DNA of 59,152 nucleotides, filler included. It is 5 parts of 5 records of this genome, joined end to end, with 100 filler letters (N's around TTAATTAATTAA, not from the genome) between each part and the next. Parts side by side here need not be neighbours in the genome. Positions count along the whole stretch, not along the records: positions 47,228 to 59,152 come from SRR31147125_3255; 4 more parts are not named here. One strand, 5' to 3'. This document shows positions 52,375-59,152 of this stretch, in pieces; the stretch's first letter is position 1, and every line of letters begins with the position of its first letter. A program made the translations under genes and the position numbers. The notes below the pieces were generated by a model. That model worked only from the letters and a program-made list of their open reading frames with translations. It was not told the DNA's origin and did no database searches.

Positions 52375-54087
52375 ATGAGAATACAAATAAATGGTAAAGA
52401 AGTCTGGGCAAATCCAGGTGAGACAATTCTGACAGTCACTGAAAGGGAAGGAATAAAAATTCCCACGTTGTGCTATATGAAAGGATTTTCTCCAACAGGA
52501 TCATGTCGAATTTGTGTTGTAGAAGTTGAAGGGCAAAGAAATTTAACCCCTGCATGTGCATTTCCTGTAGCAGAGGGTATGAAGATAGAAACAAATTCTC
52601 CCAAAGTACGAAGAGCGAGAAAAACCGTTATTGAGTTACTTATTGCAAATCATCCTATGGAATGCCTTACCTGTGTAAGAAATAGTCAGTGTGAATTGCA
52701 GGATCTTGCGGCTGAATATGGCGTCCGAGAGCTAAGATATACCGGTGAAATACGAACCGGTAAACAAGACGTTGCCAGTCCAGCCCTGGAAAGGGATCCG
52801 AATAAATGCATTCTTTGTGGTCGTTGTGTCCGTGTGTGTCATGAAGTCCAAAATGTTGGCGCTATTGATTTCACCAAACGTGGTTTTAGCAGCGTAGTGA
52901 CACCATCTATGGACAGTAGTTTAAATACTATTCCATGTGTATTTTGCGGTCAGTGTATTGCTGTCTGCCCGGTAGGCGCATTACGTGAAAAGAGTCATCA
53001 AAAGAAGGTTTGGGAAGCCATTAATAACAAGGAAAAATATGTTGTTGCCCAGGTTGCCCCGGCCATCCGCGTTGCCCTTGGTGAGGAATTTGGTATGGAA
53101 CCAGGGACAGAAGTGACAGGTAAAACAGTAGCAGCTTTAAGACGAATGGGAATTGATAAAGTTTTTGATACCAATTTTGGTGCGGATCTGACCATTCTGG
53201 AAGAAGCAACCGAACTTTTGAATCGAGTTAAAAATGGCGGCAAGATTCCGATGATGACATCCTGTAGCCCAGGATGGATAAAGTATATGGAGCATTTTTA
53301 TCCAGATCTGCTGGATAATCTATCAAGCTGTAAATCTCCACACGAGATGGAAGGTGCACTGATTAAATCCTATTTTGCTGCCAAAATGAGTATTGATCCG
53401 GAAAACATTGTTGTTGTTTCCATCATGCCGTGTACAGCGAAAAAATATGAAGCACAACGCCCGGAACTTGGTGAGAAATATCCGGATGTGGACGCTGTGT
53501 TAACAACCCGGGAATTGGCCAGAATGATAAAATCCGCAGGCATCGATTTCGCCAAGTTACCTGATGAGTATTTTGATGATCCTATGGGTGAATCGACCGG
53601 TGCTGCCGTTATATTTGGAAGTTCCGGTGGTGTTATGGAGGCGGCTCTAAGAACAGCTTATTTTTATATGACAGGCAGAGAAATGAATAACATTGAATTC
53701 TCGCCCATAAGAGGTTTGGAGGGACTTAAAGAAGCCAAAGTTGATATTGATGGCACAGTTCTTCAGGTAGCTGCTGTTAGTGGATTGAAAAATGTAGATC
53801 ATTTACTCGAACAAATGAGAAAAGGCGAGTCTCCCTATCATTTTATCGAGGTTATGGCCTGTCCTGGTGGATGCATTAATGGAGGTGGACAACCACTCCC
53901 ATCTGATCCTGACAAAGCAAGAAAACGGGCAGAAGGTATTTATGCTATTGATCGTAAATTGCCAAAGAGATGTTCACATCACAATGAATCACTGAAAAAA
54001 TTATACGACGAGTTTCTCGGTGAACCCAATGGCCACAAGTCTCATGAATTGTTACATACTCATTATGTTAACAGAAAAGAGTCATAA
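52375..54087 (+). CDS. hydA: [FeFe]-hydrogenase catalytic subunit (group A3-type)
   Basis: [2Fe-2S], His-ligated and 2x[4Fe-4S] motifs; H-cluster L1 TSCSPGW, L2 MPCTAKKYE, L3 EVMACPGGCINGGGQP. Confidence 0.96.
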   Translation: MRIQINGKEVWANPGETILTVTEREGIKIPTLCYMKGFSPTGSCRICVVEVEGQRNLTPACAFPVAEGMKIETNSPKVRRARKTVIELLIANHPMECLTCVRNSQCELQDLAAEYGVRELRYTGEIRTGKQDVASPALERDPNKCILCGRCVRVCHEVQNVGAIDFTKRGFSSVVTPSMDSSLNTIPCVFCGQCIAVCPVGALREKSHQKKVWEAINNKEKYVVAQVAPAIRVALGEEFGMEPGTEVTGKTVAALRRMGIDKVFDTNFGADLTILEEATELLNRVKNGGKIPMMTSCSPGWIKYMEHFYPDLLDNLSSCKSPHEMEGALIKSYFAAKMSIDPENIVVVSIMPCTAKKYEAQRPELGEKYPDVDAVLTTRELARMIKSAGIDFAKLPDEYFDDPMGESTGAAVIFGSSGGVMEAALRTAYFYMTGREMNNIEFSPIRGLEGLKEAKVDIDGTVLQVAAVSGLKNVDHLLEQMRKGESPYHFIEVMACPGGCINGGGQPLPSDPDKARKRAEGIYAIDRKLPKRCSHHNESLKKLYDEFLGEPNGHKSHELLHTHYVNRKES

Positions 54088-56132
54088 TGGCCGTTGTTTG
54101 GACAATTGAAGAGCGGTGCAAAAGGTGTTATTCCTGTATTCGTGAATGCCCTGCAAAAGCCATCAAGGTCGAACGTGGCCAGGCCAAGGTTATTAAAGAG
54201 CGATGCATTGGCTGTGGTCACTGTGTGCAGGTTTGTTCTCAAAATGCCAAGGCTATCCTTGACAACGTGGATAACACATTTGAACTTCTTCATTCTTCGG
54301 AAAAGGTCGTGGCCATGCTGGCTCCGTCATTTCCAGCTATGTTTCCTGACATGGATTATGTATATATTGTTGGGGCATTAAGGCAATGTGGATTTGATAA
54401 GGTGGTTGAAGTTGCATTCGGAGCGGACCTTATTAACCAGGAGTATGAGGCTCTCGTTGAACAAATAGATAAACAACGGGCACACAAGGTCAGGAAACCA
54501 ATTATTACCAGTTCCTGTCCTGCCATTTGTAAGTATATCGAAAAATATGTACCTGAATTATTACATAATTTAGCTCCAATTGTATCTCCCATGGTAGCCA
54601 TGGGTAGAGTCGTACATGACTACTATGGGAAAGATACCAAAGTTGTTTTTATTGGTCCTTGCACTGCAAAAAAACTGGAAATCAGGGACGAAACTGTGCA
54701 GGACTCTGTTGATGAAGTATTGACGTTTGATGAATTGATTTCTCTATGGAAAAAATGTAAGGTCAATCCTGAAAAAGCGACACCGTCCTGTTTTGATCCG
54801 CCTAATGCACATTTGGGACGTCTTTACCCTGTATCTGGCGGGTTATTAAAAAGTGCTGGTCTGCCGCATGATATTCTTGACAATGGTGTCATTGTCACAG
54901 AAGGAAAAAATAGAGTTCTCAAATTATTAGACTGTTTGCAAAACAAGCAGATCTCGGCTAACATGGTTGATGTCCTTTTTTGTGAAGGCTGTATCAGTGG
55001 ACCATTTACGAATCAATCTATTAATTTTTTTACCCGCAAACAAAAAGTCGTTGCCTATGCTGATAAAAAAAGATTGCGCAGTGACGTTACAGAGTGGAAA
55101 GAATCAATAGAGAGATTTCGTGATGTAAATGTAATGCGCACATTTGAATTAGAACAAATTCGTTCTGAAATACCCTCTGAGGGGCATCTTAATAAGATAC
55201 TGGCCAAGATTGACAAAATTAGTCCATCTGATGAGCTGAATTGTGGTGCGTGTGGCTACGAGACGTGTCGTGAATATGCGACGGCTGTTCACCAGGGCCT
55301 CGCTGAAGACGATATGTGTTTACCATATTTGATAGAAAAATTACAAAAAACCCAAAATGAATTACAATATTCCCTGGTGAAACTGGAAGAAACACAAGAA
55401 CAACTCATACAGCATGAAAAGCTCGCATCGATCGGTCAACTTGCTGCTGGTGTTGCGCATGAGGTCAATAATCCACTTGGATCCATCATGTTATTTGCAC
55501 ATTTGGTGTTACAAAATTTGGCAACAGATGATGCATGCGCTAAAGATCTAAAGTTTATTATCGAAGAAGCAAGCAGATGTCAAAAAATCGTATCTGGCCT
55601 TGTCAATTTTTCACGACAGGGAAATCTCAATCTGAAACCCCATAGTGTTAATGAGTTATTAGATAGAGTTATTCAAGCTGTAAAAAATCAGCCTAATTTT
55701 AAAAATGTTACGATTTCACTGAATATATCTCCAGATATCCCGGAAATCAATGTGGATAGTGAGCAAATTTATCAGGTGTTTTTAAACATAATGGTCAATG
55801 CCGCTGATGCGATGCCACACGGTGGGCAATTGCTTATTTCCTGTGGGATAGATTTGGATCACCAAAGAGTGACGATCAGTTTCAAAGATTCGGGTATTGG
55901 CATCCCCGAAGAAAATATCAAAAAACTATTTACACCGTTTTATACGACAAAACAAATAGGTAAAGGGACCGGATTAGGTCTGGCAATAGCATATGGAATA
56001 TTAAAAATGCACAAGGGCAGTATACAGGTTGAGAGTAAAGTTGGTAAATATACCTGTTTTACAATTGAGTTACCCCTTTTTGCAGAAGACCATTTGCTGA
56101 AAACTGAAAACAGTGAATCTAAACTAGTTTGA
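54087..56132 (+). CDS. Sensory-type (group C) [FeFe]-hydrogenase domain fused to a histidine kinase
   Basis: 2x[4Fe-4S]; L1 TSSCP, L2 GPCTAKKLE, L3 DVLFCEGCISGP; FeS domain NCGACGYETC..MCLPY; coiled coil; AHEVNNPL, NAADA, GTGLGL. TAATG overlap with hydA. Confidence 0.92.
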   Translation: MAVVWTIEERCKRCYSCIRECPAKAIKVERGQAKVIKERCIGCGHCVQVCSQNAKAILDNVDNTFELLHSSEKVVAMLAPSFPAMFPDMDYVYIVGALRQCGFDKVVEVAFGADLINQEYEALVEQIDKQRAHKVRKPIITSSCPAICKYIEKYVPELLHNLAPIVSPMVAMGRVVHDYYGKDTKVVFIGPCTAKKLEIRDETVQDSVDEVLTFDELISLWKKCKVNPEKATPSCFDPPNAHLGRLYPVSGGLLKSAGLPHDILDNGVIVTEGKNRVLKLLDCLQNKQISANMVDVLFCEGCISGPFTNQSINFFTRKQKVVAYADKKRLRSDVTEWKESIERFRDVNVMRTFELEQIRSEIPSEGHLNKILAKIDKISPSDELNCGACGYETCREYATAVHQGLAEDDMCLPYLIEKLQKTQNELQYSLVKLEETQEQLIQHEKLASIGQLAAGVAHEVNNPLGSIMLFAHLVLQNLATDDACAKDLKFIIEEASRCQKIVSGLVNFSRQGNLNLKPHSVNELLDRVIQAVKNQPNFKNVTISLNISPDIPEINVDSEQIYQVFLNIMVNAADAMPHGGQLLISCGIDLDHQRVTISFKDSGIGIPEENIKKLFTPFYTTKQIGKGTGLGLAIAYGILKMHKGSIQVESKVGKYTCFTIELPLFAEDHLLKTENSESKLV

Positions 56133-56136
56133 AAAA

Positions 56137-56534
56137 ATGAAGAAAAAAATATTAATCATTGATGATGATGTTGACCTGGTCGATATGACAAAGGCTTTTT
56201 TAATTCAACATGATTATGAGGTATTTACGGCCTATAATGGGGTAGAAGGTATCGAGTGCTTGAAAAACTGCATCCGGATCTTGTTATGTTGGATGTTATG
56301 ATGACATCCGTAGGGGAAGGATTTGAAGTGGCTCAGGAGATCCGTAAATTGGATTCTGTAAAGGACATTCCCATTCTCATGGTATCCAGTGTAAATGAGC
56401 AGCACGATTTTCCACTTATGTTTGGCCCGGATGACCAGTGGAATCCTGTGAATGATTTCCTTAATAAACCTGTACAACCACAGCTTCTACTGGATAAAAT
56501 ATCAGAACTGCTGAAAGTAAATAGTGGTGACTGA
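56137..56534 (+). CDS. Single-domain response regulator (paralog 2); 1-nt indel at about 56265
   Basis: MKKKILIIDDD upstream of the listed ORF; VMLDVMM; VSS; NKP. Confidence 0.88.
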
Positions 56535-56620
56535 AAAAATAAAAACAATAATGGACCGAACTTTTTTTGAAATTAATTACGAAATATTAAATATATTCAC
56601 AAAGGAAGACTAGGAAGATC

Positions 56621-57019
56621 ATGAGCGGAAAAATTTTATTTATTGATGATGATGTAGATTTGCTACATATGTATAAACCTTTTCTCGAAAAGCATGGCTA
56701 TGAGGTTGAAGTATCTTATAATAGCGAGGAAGGGCTTGAAAAATTTAAATCATTTAAACCAGATGTCGCATTTGTTGATCTGGCTATGGAACATTTTGAT
56801 TCCGGTTTTACACTTTGTCATAATATTAAGAAATTGCCAGAAAGCAAGGATGTCCCTATTATCATTTTTACAGCAGCTGGTCACGAAACCGGAGTTCGTT
56901 TTTCTACTCAGACCAATGAAGAGAAAAGGTGGATAAAGGCAGATGATTACCTTGATAAACCGATATCCGTTCGTGATTTGTTGCAGTATATAAGTGAAAA
57001 AATATTCAGGGAACAATGA
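56621..57019 (+). CDS. Single-domain response regulator (paralog 3)
   Basis: FIDDD; FVDLAM; FTA; DKP. Confidence 0.92.
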   Translation: MSGKILFIDDDVDLLHMYKPFLEKHGYEVEVSYNSEEGLEKFKSFKPDVAFVDLAMEHFDSGFTLCHNIKKLPESKDVPIIIFTAAGHETGVRFSTQTNEEKRWIKADDYLDKPISVRDLLQYISEKIFREQ

Positions 57020-58493
57020 AATTAAAACATGCAAAAATTTTGGTCATTGACGATGAAGTCGGGATGCGTGAAGGGATAAAACGTCTTTTTGAGCTTCAAG
57101 GCCATCATGTGGATACTGCGGAAAACGGTAAAGAAGGGATACAGAAAGGCACGGCCTTTGAGTATGATATCTACTTTATCGATTTAAAAATCCCAGATTA
57201 TGATGGTGAAAAGATATTAAAGGAAATCAAAGAGAAATACCCTGAATCCATCTGTGTCATTATGACCGCTTTTGCCACAATAGATACAGCCATAAATACG
57301 ACGAGATTGGGTGCTTATCAGTATATAGCCAAACCTTTTCCTCCAGATGAATTACAGTATCTCGCATCTCGAGCACTGGAAAGACGTTGGTACATACTGG
57401 AAGCACGTCGACTCGCCAAGGAACAGGAACGTCGTTTCCTGGAAGTGGCTCATGAAAAATCACGAATAAAAACGATTATAAATGCCATTGATGATGGAAT
57501 TCTCGTTATCAATCAGGAAGGCCAGGTCGTTCTTTTTAATCCTAAATTTCTTTCCCTTTTAAATATTACTACCACCCTTAAAACTGGTCATTTAATACTG
57601 CATCACTTGCCTGAATCGTTACAGGAAATTATCATCGAGTTCATCGAGAATAATAAACCCTTAAAAGCCATTCAGCAAGAGATTGTATTAGAACCACCCG
57701 CCAAATTAGTCATAATGGCAAATACAGCTCCTATTAAGGACGAAAACGGCCAAACCATGGGAGTCGTTTCTGTGCTTCGGGATATAACGGAACTAAAGAA
57801 AATAGATATCCTAAAGTCCCAATTTATAAATATGGCTGCACATGAATTAAAAGCTCCTTTAACGGCTATTCAGGGTTACCTTGAAATGGTTGTTGAAAAA
57901 GAATTAGGTGATGCGCAGGATATTTATGAATCTTATTTAAAACGCTCATTAACAAGATCAAAAGCTCTGATTGAACTGATAAATGATTTGTTAAATATTT
58001 CCAGATTAGAAGCCGGCAAGGTAAGACGCGAAATAAAAAAGCTCAATATTTGTGAAATGCTGGAAAAAGCGATTAATGCTTTTCAGTCTGAAATAAATGA
58101 AAATTCAATCAATGTCACTCTTGACTGCCAACCTGACATGGAACTACAGGCAGATCAAAATGAAATTCAACGTGTATTTAACAATATTGTGTATAATGGT
58201 ATCAAGTATAATAAAAAAGATGGCGATTTAGTCATCACGGCAGGTATATACAAACATTATGTAAAGATAAAAGTTAAAGACACTGGAATTGGTATGAGTG
58301 AAACAGAAAAAGAACGTATATTTGAAGACTTTTTAGAGCTAAAAATAAACACACCAGAAACATTACCGGCACCGGCTTAGGACTCACTATTGTAAAAAAA
58401 ATTATAGATGCATATGCAGGCAAGATTACCGTTGAAAGTGAATTCGAGAAAGGTACGACTTTTACGATCTTTTTACCATCCATTACACAGTAA
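57016..58493 (+). CDS. REC-PAS-HisKA-HATPase hybrid kinase (paralog 2); 1-nt indel at about 58330
   Basis: AHELKAPL; NGIKYN; DTGIGM. The shifted frame restores FFRAKNKHTRNITGTGLGL..GTTFTIFLP. Confidence 0.9.
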
Positions 58494-58620
58494 TTTGAAC
58501 ACGATGATTCGATTTATATAATACAAGTCGAATCCATAAGATATAACTTGCAGTGATAAGCATTAATTCTGGGCGACTTGTGCGTCCCCCAAAACTGGAT
58601 GTCAAATAAGGAATGAAGAG

Positions 58621-58965
58621 ATGCTATTGAAAGATATTATTAAAGAGTTAAATCTGCAAATTCTGAGCGGTCAGGAGAACATTGACCTGGATGTAACGTA
58701 TGCTTATTCTTCCGATATATTAAGTGATGTCATGGCAAAGACCAGGAAAGATTGTCTTTGGATCACGAATCAAACTCACCAAAATGTGATTGCCATTATC
58801 TTTTTTAAAGGGCTTTCAGGAGCCATTTTGGCAGGTGATGTCAAACCAGATGAAGAGACTCTTTCAAAAGCAAAAGCTAAAAACATTCCAGTCTTTCAAA
58901 CGCATCTATCTGCTTTTGAACTCGCTGGTAAACTTTACGGTTTTGGAATAAGAGGAATCGATTGA
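58621..58965 (+). CDS. DRTGG-domain protein (hydrogenase-operon associated)
   Basis: YSSDILSDVMA..LWITNQTHQNVIA..AFELAGKLY. Confidence 0.85.
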   Translation: MLLKDIIKELNLQILSGQENIDLDVTYAYSSDILSDVMAKTRKDCLWITNQTHQNVIAIIFFKGLSGAILAGDVKPDEETLSKAKAKNIPVFQTHLSAFELAGKLYGFGIRGID

Positions 58966-59152
58966 ATGCTTCATTGGTACAGAGCAGATATGCACATACA
59001 TACCGTGCTGTCAGCTTGTTCTGAACTCACTATGGGTCCACGGGACATTGTTCGGCAAGCACTAGAGCAAAAATGTGACATCATTGCCATAACGGATCAT
59101 AATTCTGCTGAAAACGTTCCAGCTGTTTTGGATGCGGCACAGGGTAAACCTT
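58966..59152 (+). CDS. PHP-domain phosphoesterase (partial)
   Basis: ADMHIHTVLSAC..IAITDHNS; runs off the window. Confidence 0.88.
   Translation, partial: MLHWYRADMHIHTVLSACSELTMGPRDIVRQALEQKCDIIAITDHNSAENVPAVLDAAQGKP

Noticed and set aside
53250-53280. HydA L1 motif TSCSPGW as a sign of an inactive enzyme
   Set aside because: This Ser variant is common in NADH-linked group A3 hydrogenases, and L2 and L3 are canonical.
202-58493. About 11 split genes suggesting programmed frameshifting, phase variation or pseudogenisation
   Set aside because: Nearly all breaks are single-base indels in homopolymers, occur in all five unrelated contigs and hit ordinary genes such as rubrerythrin. Sequencing error is the simplest explanation; read pileups would confirm.
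58506-58591. Two weak hairpins before the DRTGG gene as a possible riboswitch
   Set aside because: The stems are short and imperfect and match no aptamer consensus I recognise.
1-59152. CRISPR arrays, rRNA, tRNA, riboswitches, IS transposases, integrases
   Set aside because: None recognised by eye; no regularly spaced repeats were found. A covariance-model search was not possible.

Overview
The window is not one locus. It holds five unrelated contigs joined by 100-nt artificial spacers (N44-TTAATTAATTAA-N44) at 11457-11556, 19921-20020, 33843-33942 and 47128-47227, so gene context must not be read across them. Taxonomic labels below are inferred from gene content and composition only. (1) 1-11456: Bacteroidota-type sulfated-glycan utilisation cluster with an ECF sigma, a beta-helix/GH43 fusion, two sulfatases, a DUF1593-like protein and a T9SS beta-helix enzyme, interrupted by an AT-rich Abi-like gene. 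(2) 11557-19920: Desulfobacterota-like signalling region with a LipS2-like radical SAM enzyme, three hybrid histidine kinases and a tandem pair of stand-alone V4R proteins. (3) 20021-33842: decayed Clostridia-type conjugative element (tnpV nested in a helicase frame, YodL/DUF3846, oriT-mobC-relaxase, NlpC/P60). It is flanked by a membrane protein/vWA-OmpA/Lon-like module and a putative DndD-like CxC-ATPase defence module. (4) 33943-47127: very AT-rich anaerobe with PIN-PhoH, rubrerythrin, PilZ, degenerate S41, an FAD oxidoreductase + AttH/CrtC-like pair and a giant Ser/Thr kinase-AAA-GAF-SpoIIE protein. (5) 47228-59152: electron-bifurcating-type [FeFe]-hydrogenase hydCBA embedded in a phosphorelay built around an H-cluster-domain/histidine-kinase fusion, behind a probable sigma54 promoter. 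About 11 genes are split by 1-nt indels, almost all in homopolymers, which are most likely sequencing errors. Best candidates for uncharacterised systems are the H2-sensing kinase cascade (contig 5), the V4R pair with its globin-like kinase (contig 2), the CxC-ATPase/DndE-like/SBD-like module and the dual-coding tnpV (contig 3). All family calls come from motif recognition; no database search was run.
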